A model generated the notes under the pieces. That model was given only the letters and a program-made list of their open reading frames with translations. It was not told the DNA's origin and ran no database searches. A stretch of 64,000 nt of DNA from contig JAUXYI010000063.1 of NCBI GenBank assembly GCA_030694425.1, positions 57,150-121,149 of the forward strand, read 5' to 3'. A program made the translations under genes and the position numbers. Shown here piece after piece: positions 1 to 10,190 of the stretch. This DNA is from Thermodesulfovibrionia bacterium. Its GTDB lineage: Bacteria > Nitrospirota > Thermodesulfovibrionia > UBA6902 > BMS3Bbin08. Every line of letters begins with the position of its first letter. The stretch's first letter is position 1.

Positions 1-1037
1 CCGACAAAATAGTGTGTCCAGATATGTCCTCTATCAGGCCCGTTATCACACGCCTTGCCAGGATTGTCAGGTCTCTCGGTCTTTCCTGTTGAGGGGATTC
101 CGGGTCTTTGCCTCATATGGCAGTCCTGACAGTTGACAGTTGTCTCAGGATTTCCTGTGTTGTAGGGACTGTTTTTCCACTCATCATAGGTCCGTTCAAT
201 CGGCATTTTATTTGCTACATGAGAGACATTATGACAGAGTCCACAGAATTCGGACTTTGTATGCAACTCTGAGTATTTTGAAGGATGGAAATCTGAGGTT
301 GAATCTTTAAAAGGACCTAACATGGTTGATGGGTCATCAATTCCACCCCCTGGCTCCACTTCATATCCTGCATCTCCGATATGTTTTACCTCACTTATAT
401 TATGGCACCAGTTACAGAAAATTCCCTGAGCCGGAAGTTTCGCAAGTTTGTCATAATCATCCTTAGGCGAGGTTATTGAATGAGAGCGAAAACCAAGCGG
501 TGTATGGCATTTTACACACGCCTTCATCTCAAGGATTTGTTCACTTGTAACAGCCTCTTTGAAAAATAACTTTGTTGCTGCCCGCCAGAGCGGATCAACA
601 AATGCCTTACTGTGCATAGAGCCGCTCCATTGTTTATATATTTCAGAGTGACATTCACCACAAACAGAAGGCTCTATAAACTGATTAACCCTTACCTTTT
701 TGAAATTAAATATTTCACCTCTTTCAATTTTGGCAATCTCCTCACTCTCCTTATCAACTTCTTTTTCTATTTTCTCTGCTTTTCTTACCTCATACCTTCC
801 AGCCAGATATTCTGCTATCGTCTCTGCCTCCTTATCTGCAATAAATCCCTCAGAGTGTCTTACCATCCTCTTTGTTGTTCTTTTCCATTCCTCCAAGTCT
901 TTCACAGCACTTAATGAACGCTCAAGGGAATGACATGCATTGCACTTTCTTTCAAACAATCTTTCACCATCCCGCACTGAAGCAGAAGCAAACGAAGCAG
1001 CAAAAATTGCTGTTAAAAAAATTGATAACCCTTTCAA
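1..1037 (-). CDS. multiheme c-type cytochrome (partial; C-terminus lies beyond window start)
   Basis: Reverse-complement frame carries at least six CxxCH haem-binding motifs (CQDCH, CGLCH, CNWCH, CVKCH, CGECH, CNACH). Apparent TTG start at 1037 is followed by a signal-peptide-like LKGLSIFLTAIFAASFASA. Absent from ORF track because of non-ATG start and edge truncation. Confidence 0.55.
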   Translation of the reverse strand, partial: MKGLSIFLTAIFAASFASASVRDGERLFERKCNACHSLERSLSAVKDLEEWKRTTKRMVRHSEGFIADKEAETIAEYLAGRYEVRKAEKIEKEVDKESEEIAKIERGEIFNFKKVRVNQFIEPSVCGECHSEIYKQWSGSMHSKAFVDPLWRAATKLFFKEAVTSEQILEMKACVKCHTPLGFRSHSITSPKDDYDKLAKLPAQGIFCNWCHNISEVKHIGDAGYEVEPGGGIDDPSTMLGPFKDSTSDFHPSKYSELHTKSEFCGLCHNVSHVANKMPIERTYDEWKNSPYNTGNPETTVNCQDCHMRQRPGIPSTGKTERPDNPGKACDNGPDRGHIWTHYFV

Positions 1038-1279
1038 GAGATACTCTCCATATTCAGCTTTTAGCTTATTATTTTATGATTTCAATTTGAATCCTGCATC
1101 AATACTCAAAATGTTATAACACAAATTTCAGAATAACACAAATTTCAGGCATCTGAACGAGTGCAACCATTCTCTTATCCATAGAGATGCCTTTTTACGG
1201 TTGTGTTATAATAAATTTCTAATGAATAGCCTTGGTAAAAAAGGCCTTTTCTGGGATGTAGATAGAGAAAAACTTTCTC

Positions 1280-1900
1280 TTGAAAGGGAATAGTAGAATG
1301 TCAGATAACCAAAAGTCTAATCTTGATTTTGAAGAACTGCTTAATGAATCTGTGAAGATACACGGTCACCTTTGTCCTGGACAGGTTCTCGGAGTAAGAA
1401 TGAGCATGCTCGGACTCAGAAGGATAGGGATTGAGGATCCAAAGGGCAAAAACAGAAAAGATATCATGGTTTTTGTTGAAATAGACAGATGCGCAACTGA
1501 TGCGATTCAGTCTGTTACAGGCTGCAGCCTGGGAAAAAGGAGCCTGAAGTTTCTTGATTATGGAAAAATGGCTGCTACTTTTTTAAACCTCAAAACAGGA
1601 AATGCCGTAAGAATTCTTGCAAAAGAAGAAGCAAAAGACATGGCAAAAAACTATTTTCCTGATATTGCTGACAAATACCAGTGCCAGACTGCTGCTTATA
1701 AGGTAATGCCTGATGAAGAACTTTTTAGTCTGGAAGGTGTGAAGATTGAGATACCAGCGCAGGATATGCCGGGAAGACCATTAAAGAGAGTGAAATGTGA
1801 TAAATGCAGAGAATATGTCCAGGATAAAAGAGAAGTTACTATGGATGGAAAGCTCTTGTGCAAAGCCTGCGCGCAGGGTACTTATTACAGAGTTAAATAG
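1280..1900 (+). CDS. FmdE/FwdE family protein (formylmethanofuran dehydrogenase subunit E-like)
   Basis: HGHLCPG motif and C-terminal CxxC...CxxC pairs are typical of the FmdE family. Alternative start at 1298. Confidence 0.65.
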   Translation: MKGNSRMSDNQKSNLDFEELLNESVKIHGHLCPGQVLGVRMSMLGLRRIGIEDPKGKNRKDIMVFVEIDRCATDAIQSVTGCSLGKRSLKFLDYGKMAATFLNLKTGNAVRILAKEEAKDMAKNYFPDIADKYQCQTAAYKVMPDEELFSLEGVKIEIPAQDMPGRPLKRVKCDKCREYVQDKREVTMDGKLLCKACAQGTYYRVK

Positions 1901-1999
1901 GGCTTGCAGGGACTACCCGGTGGGTCGCCCTTTTTGTCAATTGATACTCCCGGTTTCACGGGCGAGACAGTGCCTCGACACTACAATTAAATTTTTTTC

Positions 2000-2028
2000 T
2001 TGACATCGTTATGCAAATTTGTTATAAC
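2000..2028 (+). promoter_or_regulatory. sigma70-like promoter (TTGACA-17-TATAAC) overlapping a GTTATAAC / TATAACAACG palindromic putative ModE-type operator
   Basis: Read directly. Palindromic CGTTAT...GTTATAACG...TATAACAACG lies just upstream of the ModE-like gene. Confidence 0.35.
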
Positions 2029-2042
2029 GTTAATATAACAAC

Positions 2043-2414
2043 GTGGAGATTCGGTCAAAAATATGGCTTGAAATTAATGGGGAACCTGTTTTTGGCAGTG
2101 GAAGAGACGCTCTGCTTCAGGGCATTGACAAATATGGCTCTATAAATAAGGCGGCAAAGGTAATTAACATCTCATACAGAAAGGCTTTAAGTTATATACA
2201 GATAATGGAAAAAAGGCTCAGGATTAAGCTCGTAGAAAGAAAAGCCGGTGGAAAGCACGGCGGCGGCGCAAAACTTACAAAAAAAGCAAAAGAATTTTTA
2301 AAAAAATATGAAGCGCTTGAAGAAGGGATAAACGAAATACTTGATAAGAGATTTTCAGAGGTATTTGGGAATAAAAAAGGATTCAAGGGGCAAAGGGTTC
2401 AAGGATTCAAGTGA
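2043..2414 (+). CDS. ModE-family N-terminal-domain transcriptional regulator (molybdate/tungstate responsive)
   Basis: Pattern IWLE..GE.VFG.GR..LL..I...GSI..AAK...ISYRKA...I..ME.....LVER..GG..GGGA.LT matches the ModE HTH domain. GTG start. Confidence 0.65.
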   Translation: MEIRSKIWLEINGEPVFGSGRDALLQGIDKYGSINKAAKVINISYRKALSYIQIMEKRLRIKLVERKAGGKHGGGAKLTKKAKEFLKKYEALEEGINEILDKRFSEVFGNKKGFKGQRVQGFK

Positions 2415-2541
2415 GAAAAACTGATACAGGATTCATGATAGTATGATTTATAATTTTTCTTGCATCGTGCATTTTGTATCTTGTATCGTGCAAACACTTG
2501 AACCCTAGAATCCTTGAGTCCTCGAACCCTATTAAACAAAT

Positions 2542-3732
2542 ATGTGTGAAATGCATAGCAATAATAATGGTGGTGTCGGAATAAAAACAGTGCCTGTAAC
2601 AGAGGCAGTTGGCATGGTTATCGCCCATGATATTACTGAAATAATACCGGGGAAATTCAAGGGCAGGGCATTTAAAAAAGGACATATTATAAGAGAAGAG
2701 GATGTCTGTCATCTTCAGATGATCGGGAAGGAAAATCTTTTTATCCTTGAGATGAAAGAAGATGAGATGCACGAAAACGACGCAGCCTATGCCATTGCAA
2801 ATGCACTCGCCGGCAGCGGAGTAAAACTGGATGGGGAACCACGGGAAGGCAGGATAAATCTTGTTGCGGAAATAGACGGGTTATTAAAGGTTGACCGTAA
2901 AGCCCTTTTTAAATTCAATATGCTTGGCGAGGTTATGTGCGCTACGGTTCACAATAACTCAGTTGTTAAAAAAGGACAGGTTGTTGCTGGAACAAGGGCA
3001 ATCCCTCTTGTTGTAAAGAAATCTGTAATAGAGGAGGCAATGAGAATTGCAAGGGGGTCATCCCGACTATTCGGGACGAATCCTGGAACCCTCGAATCCT
3101 GTCATTCCACTGGTGTTATTGAAGTAAAAGAAATGAGAAAGCCAAAAACAGGAATAGTTATAACAGGCAACGAGGTCTATTACGGCAGGGTAAAAGATGC
3201 TTTTGGACCAGTAATAACAAAAAAAATAATGAGCATGGATGGGGAAGTCGTTGGTGTATATTTTGCGCCTGATGATGCTAAATATATTGAAGACAGGATT
3301 AAAGAATTGATAGCTGCCGGCGCTGACCTGATTATCACAACAGGAGGAATGTCTGTTGACCCAGATGATGTTACGAGATTTGCAATCAGGAATATCGGTG
3401 TTGATGAACTCTCATATGGAACCCCTGTGCTTCCAGGCGCAATGTTTCTTATTGCATACCTTGAAGACAGTAACAAGTTATCAGTAACGAGTAACGAGAT
3501 AAAACATGAAAAAGAAAACCCGTCACTTGTCACTCGTCACTCTGAACTTATCCCCATCATTGGAATACCTGCCTGCGGCATGTACAGCAATATAACTGTA
3601 TTTGATATTATACTGCCGAGGGTTCTTGCTGGTGAAAGAATTGGCAGGGAGGAATTGGCGGAACTTGGGCATGGCGGGTTATGTCTAAAATGTAGTGAAT
3701 GCCGCTACCCTGTTTGTCCTTTTGGAAAATAA
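2542..3732 (+). CDS. MoeA-like molybdopterin-binding protein (MoeA_N plus MoCF-biosynthesis domain) with Cys-rich C-terminus
   Basis: GIVITGNEV...ITTGGMSVDPDDVT is a MoCF_biosynth-type motif. Carries two in-frame repeat insertions (3055-3110 and 3470-3545). Confidence 0.55.
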   Translation: MCEMHSNNNGGVGIKTVPVTEAVGMVIAHDITEIIPGKFKGRAFKKGHIIREEDVCHLQMIGKENLFILEMKEDEMHENDAAYAIANALAGSGVKLDGEPREGRINLVAEIDGLLKVDRKALFKFNMLGEVMCATVHNNSVVKKGQVVAGTRAIPLVVKKSVIEEAMRIARGSSRLFGTNPGTLESCHSTGVIEVKEMRKPKTGIVITGNEVYYGRVKDAFGPVITKKIMSMDGEVVGVYFAPDDAKYIEDRIKELIAAGADLIITTGGMSVDPDDVTRFAIRNIGVDELSYGTPVLPGAMFLIAYLEDSNKLSVTSNEIKHEKENPSLVTRHSELIPIIGIPACGMYSNITVFDIILPRVLAGERIGREELAELGHGGLCLKCSECRYPVCPFGK

Positions 3733-3752
3733 CAAGCCGCTACTTTAGACTT

Positions 3753-5270
3753 TTAATTTTCTATAAGGCTTTTCCCTCTCATCTCCTCAGGTTTTTTTAT
3801 TTCCATCAATTCAAGTATTGTCGGAGCAACGTCTGCAAGTATGCCATTTTCACGCAACTTTATTCCGTCTTTTAGCAGGATGAAAGGCACAAGATTTGTT
3901 GTATGAGCTGTGTAAGGGCTATCGCCTTCCATCATTTCCTCACAATTTCCATGGTCAGCAGTTATTATAGCTATACCCCCAATGCCCTGGACCTTAGACA
4001 CAATCCTTTCAAGACACCTGTCAATTGCCTCGCATGCCTTTATTGCTGCGTCCATAATTCCAGTATGTCCTACCATATCAGGGTTGGCAAAATTTAATAA
4101 TATAAAATCATATCTGCATTCATCTATTTTTCTTGTAACTTCGTCTGTTACTTCATAGGCGCTCATCTCTGGTTTTAAATCATAAGTTGGGACATCCCTT
4201 GGAGACTTGATAAGGCGCCTGTCCTCTCCGTCAAATGATATTTCCTCTCCGCCATTAAAGAAATATGTAACATGTGCATATTTCTCTGTCTCAGCAATCC
4301 TGAGCTGTTTTAACCCTTTTTTGCTTATAATCTCACCAAGGATATTTGTTAATTTCACTGGCGGGAATGCGACAGGCAGGGTAAAAGTCTCATCATATAG
4401 GGTCATTGTTACATAAGTGCGCAGCCCTGGGATTTTTGCTCTCTCAAAAAAAGTAAAATTCTTATCTGTCAAAGCGGTTGTAAGTTCTCTTGCCCGGTCA
4501 GCCCTGAAATTGAAAAATATTACTGAATTGCCATCCTGTATTTTTCCGTTCGGCTCTTTTCCGCTGCATATAACAGTAGGTTTTATGAATTCATCTGTCT
4601 CGTTAATCTCGTAACTCTGCCTGACGGCCTCTCCTGCTGATTGTGCCTTTTCTCCGTCTCCAAGCACAATGGCATTATATGCCCGTTTTATCCTCTCCCA
4701 TCGCTTATCTCTATCCATTGCCCAGTATCTTCCTGTTACCGTGGCAATCTTTACTTGAGGTTTGTTTTTTATAAAAGATTCAAGCTGTGTTATAAAATTG
4801 ATGCCGGAAGCAGGCAGGGTATCTCTTCCATCCATAAATGCATGGACAAATACTTTTTTGACTCCGTTTGCTATTGCCATGTCAATCAAAGCATAGAGGT
4901 GATTTAGATGGCTGTGCACACCTCCGTCTGAAACAAGACCGAGCAGATGTAAGGCGCCTTCACCAGAAAAATTCATCACGTTAAGAAGGACTGAATTTTT
5001 GATAAAATCGCCGGTTTTTACGGCTTTATTTATCCTTGTATAGTCCTGATAAACAATCCTGCCGGCACCCAAATTAAGATGTCCTACTTCGGAGTTGCCC
5101 ATCTGACCTTCAGGCAATCCCACAGCCCCTCCTGATGCATTAAGGGCTGTATGCGGATATTTCTTTAAAAGACTTTTATAGAAAGGAATATTTGCCTTTT
5201 CCGTGGCATCAACAGCAGGATTGCTTCCTATTCCCCAGCCGTCAAGGACTATAAGGATAAGGGGTCTCAT
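3753..5270 (-). CDS. gpmI: 2,3-bisphosphoglycerate-independent phosphoglycerate mutase
   Basis: Full-length iPGM signature: MRPLILIVLDGWGIG..., metal-binding motifs. Confidence 0.9.
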   Translation of the reverse strand: MRPLILIVLDGWGIGSNPAVDATEKANIPFYKSLLKKYPHTALNASGGAVGLPEGQMGNSEVGHLNLGAGRIVYQDYTRINKAVKTGDFIKNSVLLNVMNFSGEGALHLLGLVSDGGVHSHLNHLYALIDMAIANGVKKVFVHAFMDGRDTLPASGINFITQLESFIKNKPQVKIATVTGRYWAMDRDKRWERIKRAYNAIVLGDGEKAQSAGEAVRQSYEINETDEFIKPTVICSGKEPNGKIQDGNSVIFFNFRADRARELTTALTDKNFTFFERAKIPGLRTYVTMTLYDETFTLPVAFPPVKLTNILGEIISKKGLKQLRIAETEKYAHVTYFFNGGEEISFDGEDRRLIKSPRDVPTYDLKPEMSAYEVTDEVTRKIDECRYDFILLNFANPDMVGHTGIMDAAIKACEAIDRCLERIVSKVQGIGGIAIITADHGNCEEMMEGDSPYTAHTTNLVPFILLKDGIKLRENGILADVAPTILELMEIKKPEEMRGKSLIEN

Positions 5271-5438
5271 TAAAAATTTTACCAGCTACTATTATGCTTT
5301 GTCAAAAAATGTTTGTCCGAGGGTTTCGTAGTTGATTGCATTGTATGAAAAGTATTAAACTTAAAATCTAACCTGATTTTGGTTAGCATGACATAAATAT
5401 TACGTATGGAGAGCATATTCCCACTTTAGGAGATTTTT

Positions 5439-6473
5439 ATGATGGAACTGCATTTTACAAAAACTAACGGCCCTGCGGATGAGGCGATTGACGAATTAAT
5501 CAGGCTTGTTGGCGGCGTACATCACCAGGAACTTATCCGCGAAATGATTCTTGCTGCGCTAAAGGCAGGGCAGGAAGAAGATGACAGGGCAAACCTGAGA
5601 CTTATGAACACCACGATGAAAGAGATGCGGTTTACCGGAAAGATATTTGGAGCCTACCGCAATATACGAAAAGTTACTGTTTTTGGTTCCGCGCGGACAA
5701 AGCCCGATGAGTCAGTTTATGAAGTGGCGCGTCTTTTAGGGCAGAGGCTTGCCGAAGCCGGGTACATGGTTATTACTGGAGGCGGGGGCGGCATTATGCA
5801 GGCAGCCAATGAAGGCGCCGGACCCGGACATTCATTCGGAATTAACATTCAATTACCCTATGAACAGAGACCAAATCCTGTACTTATTGGAAATCCACGT
5901 CTTATTACATATAAATATTTTTTCATTAGAAAAGTGGCGTTTATTAAGGAAGCTGATGCAATCGCGCTTTTCCCCGGCGGCTTTGGCACCCTTGATGAAG
6001 CCATGGAAACGCTTACACTTTTGCAGACAGGGAAGCATAATTTAATTCCGCTCGTTCTTATTGACGAACCAGGCAGCGCCTACTGGCCGAGGTGGCTTAA
6101 GTTTCTTAAAGAAGAATTACTGGCGGATGGTTATATCAGTGAGTCTGATTTCAACCTGTTTGAGTGCGTTGATTCTGTAGACGCTGCAATTGAAAAAATT
6201 AACCGTTTCTACCGTCGTTACCACAGCCTGCGATATGTGAATAAAAAACTTGTAATACGGCTTATATCCAAGGTAGATACTCAATATATCGAGAAGCTTA
6301 ACAAACAATTTTCTGATATCTTAATCCCAGGCGGCAAAATTTATCTTTCTGAACGTTTACCAGAAGAATCTAATGAGATGGAAATTGCTGAACTGCCGAG
6401 ATTAGTAATTAATTTCAACTGCAAGGACTACGGAAGGCTGAGATGTCTTGTTGATGAAATTAATAATTACTGA
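5439..6473 (+). CDS. LOG family protein (Rossmann-fold nucleotide-binding, lysine-decarboxylase-like)
   Basis: TVFGSAR...GYMVITGGGGGIMQAANEGA motif. AGGAG ribosome-binding site upstream. Confidence 0.55.
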   Translation: MMELHFTKTNGPADEAIDELIRLVGGVHHQELIREMILAALKAGQEEDDRANLRLMNTTMKEMRFTGKIFGAYRNIRKVTVFGSARTKPDESVYEVARLLGQRLAEAGYMVITGGGGGIMQAANEGAGPGHSFGINIQLPYEQRPNPVLIGNPRLITYKYFFIRKVAFIKEADAIALFPGGFGTLDEAMETLTLLQTGKHNLIPLVLIDEPGSAYWPRWLKFLKEELLADGYISESDFNLFECVDSVDAAIEKINRFYRRYHSLRYVNKKLVIRLISKVDTQYIEKLNKQFSDILIPGGKIYLSERLPEESNEMEIAELPRLVINFNCKDYGRLRCLVDEINNY

Positions 6474-6576
6474 ACGGAGAAGATAAGAAGATTATCTTTG
6501 TCAAAGGTGAAAAAGCGACCCCTATAAATTTTATAATACAAAGAATTTTGACAAAAACATCTTCACTTTCATGAAA

Positions 6577-6744
6577 TTATAACACAGATTTGTAACAAAA
6601 AATACCGGAATGCATAAAAATTATGGAGTGATTAATTATTTGGGATATTCCCTTATCAGCCTTATCTCTAAATTCTTTAGATACAATATGGGCACAGCCA
6701 AAGATAAGAGATGTTATAGTAAAAAGAATGAGTAAACGTTTCAT
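6577..6744 (-). CDS. small hypothetical lipoprotein-like protein (55 aa)
   Basis: Minus-strand ORF MKRLLILFTITSLIFGCAHIVSKEF... with signal peptide and Cys. Below the ORF-track size cutoff. Confidence 0.25.
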   Translation of the reverse strand: MKRLLILFTITSLIFGCAHIVSKEFRDKADKGISQIINHSIIFMHSGIFCYKSVL

Positions 6745-6840
6745 ATATTTATTATAATAAAAGTTTAAAAGATATTCATTTGTAATTACAGCGTTTTCAG
6801 ATGGATTCCTTTGCTGTATAAATCATAAGCAGAAAAAATT

Positions 6841-8178
6841 ATGGAAACACATGACGATAAAATAAAAAAGAGCCTGAAATACTCCATAATAGACGGCATT
6901 TTTGCTGCATCCATGATTGGTTTCGGGGAATCTTTTTTTGCAGCCTTTGCAGTTTTTCTGAAGGCAAACAACATACAGCTTGGATTATTAAGTTCCCTAC
7001 CCCTTACCATAGGTTCATTATCACAGCTCCTGTCCAATAAATTGATTAAACTTTTCAATTCAAGAAAAAAATTTGTCTATATCATGGCGTTGTTTCAGGG
7101 GTTAATGTATATACCCATAGCCCTTGTATTTTTCTTTGGAGAATTGCGGGTATTTCATCTAATTTTCTTCACATGCCTGTACTGGATATTCGGGATGATT
7201 CTTGGGCCCGCATGGAATAGCTGGATGGGAGATTTAGTGGATGAGAAAGAGCGGGGCGCTTATTTTGGGAAAAGAGGCAAGATTACAGGATTTGCTGCTT
7301 TCGTGTCTTTTCTAATAGCAGGGTACATCCTTCAAAGATTCACCGGCTCAACCGCAACTCAATATATCGGTTTTGTTACAATCTTCTGCCTGGCGCTCAT
7401 ATCAAGAATTATCTCTTTCATTTACCTGACTAAAAAATATGAACCTGAATATAAGGTCGCACATGAAGCAGAATTCAGTTTTTTAGATTTTGTTAAACAG
7501 GCAAGGTTCAGAAATTTTGGTTTATTTGTCATCTATCTCTGCTCAATGAATTTTTCATTATATATATCCGCCCCATTTTTTACTCCTTACATGCTGACTG
7601 ATTTAAAATTAGATTACCTGACATTTACAATCATTAATGTAACAATGATAATCGTAAAACTATTCTTTATGCCTGTGTGGGGCAAGGCATCAGACAGGTT
7701 TGGCAGAAAAAAAGTGCTCAGCTTAACAGGGTTTTTAATGCCTATCACACCCCTTTTATGGCTTTTTTCGCAAAATATTTTTTACCTTATCATAATCCAG
7801 ATATATTCTGGTTTTATCTGGGCAGGGTTTGAAATCTCGTCATTTAATTTTATCTTTGACACAACAACCTCTCAAAAGAGGGCAACCTGCGTAGCATATT
7901 ATAATGTAATTAACGGAGTCTCTATATTAGCAGGCGCCATGACAGGCAGCCTTATTGTTAAATATAATTCTGTTTTCTGGTCAAAATACCTCCTTGTGTT
8001 TGTTGTAAGTTGTCTGCTTAGATACTTAGCCTCATTTATTTTTATCCCCCGGCTTAGAGAAGCAAGACCTGTTGAGGATATAGGATACCCAAGATTGTTT
8101 CTGGAGATTATAAGCACAATGCCGGCAAGCGGGCTTGTGTATAGTTTAATACCTTTCTGGAAAAAAACAGAAAAGTAG
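6841..8178 (+). CDS. MFS-type transporter
   Basis: About 12 predicted hydrophobic segments; MFS-like loop with GRKK. Confidence 0.5.
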   Translation: METHDDKIKKSLKYSIIDGIFAASMIGFGESFFAAFAVFLKANNIQLGLLSSLPLTIGSLSQLLSNKLIKLFNSRKKFVYIMALFQGLMYIPIALVFFFGELRVFHLIFFTCLYWIFGMILGPAWNSWMGDLVDEKERGAYFGKRGKITGFAAFVSFLIAGYILQRFTGSTATQYIGFVTIFCLALISRIISFIYLTKKYEPEYKVAHEAEFSFLDFVKQARFRNFGLFVIYLCSMNFSLYISAPFFTPYMLTDLKLDYLTFTIINVTMIIVKLFFMPVWGKASDRFGRKKVLSLTGFLMPITPLLWLFSQNIFYLIIIQIYSGFIWAGFEISSFNFIFDTTTSQKRATCVAYYNVINGVSILAGAMTGSLIVKYNSVFWSKYLLVFVVSCLLRYLASFIFIPRLREARPVEDIGYPRLFLEIISTMPASGLVYSLIPFWKKTEK

Positions 8179-8230
8179 AATAAAAGGCAAACGATGTTCA
8201 CTCTTAAAAATCGCATAGCAGTTCATCTAC

Positions 8231-8261
8231 TTGACTTTTTATGAAGCCGATAAGTTATAAT
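8231..8261 (+). promoter_or_regulatory. candidate sigma70 promoter (TTGACT ... TATAAT) driving riboswitch leader
   Basis: Hexamers read from sequence; 19-nt spacer. Confidence 0.4.
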
Positions 8262-8269
8262 CGTTCTGT

Positions 8270-8555
8270 CTTGTTCAGGTGCCCATTTTGGGCTTAAAGG
8301 GGAATCCCGTGAAAGACGGGAGCGGACCCGCCGCTGTAATCCTGATTCCGATTCATTCGGAATAAAAACTTCTATCAGTTAAAGCCACTTTTCCCGATGT
8401 ATCGGGGATGGGAAGGCAGATAGAAATCAGGAGAGCCAGAAGACCAACCTGGACAAAACCTCACATAAAAGCCTTCGTGGTATGAGGTTGTGAAGGTAAA
8501 AGTTATATAGCTTTTATCCCCAGCTTTCATAACGAGGGCTGGGGTTTTTATTTTT
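8270..8555 (+). promoter_or_regulatory. cobalamin (AdoCbl) riboswitch with terminator expression platform
   Basis: AAAGGGGAATCCCGTGAAAGACGGGAGCGGACCCGCCGCTGTAA core, GGGAAGGC, and B12 box AGCCAGAAGACC. Followed by a CCCCAGC...GCTGGGG hairpin plus T-run at 8517-8555. Confidence 0.7.
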
Positions 8556-9134
8556 ATGGCGCATTACATGCATATAAGAGACACTAAAAATATCAAAAAT
8601 GTCACCCTGAACTTGTTTCAGGGTCTAAAAAATGTAGCCGCAAACTTTAGTTTGCGTTTTATTTCGCAGGCTAAAGCCTGCGGCTACACAATTATTATAT
8701 TTTTGTTTCTGCTGTTCACTGTTCACTATTCACTGTTAACCGTCTCTTACGCTGAAACTCCTAACCGTATTATCTCCCTTGCCCGCAGTGTAACGGAGAT
8801 TCTTTTTGCCGCAGGGTTTGGAGATAGAGTCGTGGGCGTAACAAACTTCTGCGACTATCCTCCTGAAGCGAAGCAGAAACCAAAAATCGGGGGCATGTCA
8901 AATCCCTCGCTTGAAGCAGTAGTATCATTAAAACCGGACATCGTTGTATTGACCACTGATGGAAATCCAGAGGAGTTTGAACATAAGCTCCATTCAATGA
9001 AAATAAAAACTCATGTATTCGAAGCAGTTACGCTTCCTGAACTGGCGGATGGTATAAGAAAAATGGGCATTGCCCTTGATGCAAAGGAGAGTTTTAACTC
9101 CCTTGCATCAGGGCGCGGGGCTGTTGCTTCTTGA
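8556..9134 (+). pseudogene. btuF: btuF-like periplasmic B12-binding protein, 3'-truncated remnant
   Basis: Mature-protein homology (ETPNRIISLARSVTEILFAAGFGDRVVGV...) runs about 125 aa and then stops. The reading frame switches at about 9085 into an ABC ATPase C-terminus. Confidence 0.55.
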
Positions 9135-9408
9135 TGAGCCACTTGCAAATCTGGACATAAAATACCAGATAGAACTTCTAAAACTGCTTAAAGAATTGCA
9201 GGAGAAAAGAGAAATAGCGGTTTTGATGGCGCTTCATGATATAAATATTGCCTTGCAGTTTGAAAAGATAATACTAATCAAAGAAGGGAAAGTTCTCAGT
9301 ATTGGTAAGCCTGAAGCGGTGCTGACAGAAGATTTACTTAAGCAGGCATTTGATGTTGTGGTTGAAATTAAAAGACATGACTCAGGAGGAGCGTATATAA
9401 AGTATTAA
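9070..9408 (+). pseudogene. btuD: btuD/fecE-like ABC ATPase, C-terminal fragment only (post-signature, Walker B LLLLDEP, H-loop)
   Basis: Begins right after the ABC signature region. No Walker A and no permease gene. Consistent with a roughly 2 kb deletion fusing btuF to the end of btuD. Confidence 0.55.
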
Positions 9409-9515
9409 ATGCAAAATGTAAAATTAAAGAAAAGGCAGCAGGCACAGAGTTTTTGTCGTTCTTTGTGCCTTTGCCACTTTGTGCCTTTTGTAATTTTGAT
9501 TTTTGAGGTAACTTT

Positions 9516-10037
9516 GTGAGCAGCAAAATTATTTTCATTATAGGCGGGGCGCGAAGCGGAAAAAGTTCATTTGCCTTGAAGGAGGCTTCTAATATTTCAG
9601 GCAAAAAGGCATACATTGCAACTGCAGAGGCGCTTGACAGCGAAATGAAAGGCCGTATTGAGAAGCACAGAAAAGACAGAGGGAATAATTGGGACGTTTA
9701 TGAAGAACCATTAAAAATTTCTGATGTTCTGTCTGATATTAAGACGAAGTACGATGTTGTTGTTATTGATTGTCTGACGCTCTGGCTCTCAAATCTGATG
9801 CATAGTAATAAAGATATAAAAAGTGAAATTGAATCTTTTTGTAGTTCACTGTTCACTGTCCACTGTCCACTGTTCACTGTTTCCAACGAAGTAGGAATGG
9901 GCATTGTACCTGACAACAAACTGGCAAGAGAGTTCAGGGATCTGGCAGGGTTTTTGAACCAAAAAATTGCAGAAATAGCAGATGAAGTGTATGTAGTTAC
10001 AGCAGGGATACCTGTAAAAATTAAAAATGCAAAATGA
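9516..10037 (+). CDS. cobU: adenosylcobinamide kinase / adenosylcobinamide-phosphate guanylyltransferase
   Basis: P-loop GGARSGKS and the CobU family pattern. GTG start. In-frame (GTTCACT)n insertion at 9838-9880. Confidence 0.85.
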   Translation: MSSKIIFIIGGARSGKSSFALKEASNISGKKAYIATAEALDSEMKGRIEKHRKDRGNNWDVYEEPLKISDVLSDIKTKYDVVVIDCLTLWLSNLMHSNKDIKSEIESFCSSLFTVHCPLFTVSNEVGMGIVPDNKLAREFRDLAGFLNQKIAEIADEVYVVTAGIPVKIKNAK

Positions 10038-10044
10038 AAAATTC

Positions 10045-10178
10045 ATGTCTTGTCATTGCGAGGCGAAGCCGAAGCAATCTCTAAAGACGAGATTCCTCGC
10101 GGAGTTTACCCTGAGCGAAAAGGCGAGATTCTTCACTTCGTTCAGAATGACTGAGAGCGAAGGGCTCGGAATGACAAA
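10045..10178. repeat. GTCATTGCGAGG...CTCGGAATGAC palindromic intergenic element
   Basis: Shares termini with elements at 21588, 31043, 32869 and 63648. The ORF-track 10027..10212 is its spurious translation. Confidence 0.45.
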
Positions 10179-10190
10179 AGAGGAGGAATT

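Noticed and set aside
612-1090. Three overlapping plus-strand ORFs (612..914, 700..933, 872..1090) of low-complexity sequence
   Set aside because: They are antisense to the minus-strand multiheme cytochrome c, whose CxxCH motifs are clear. No domain features of their own.
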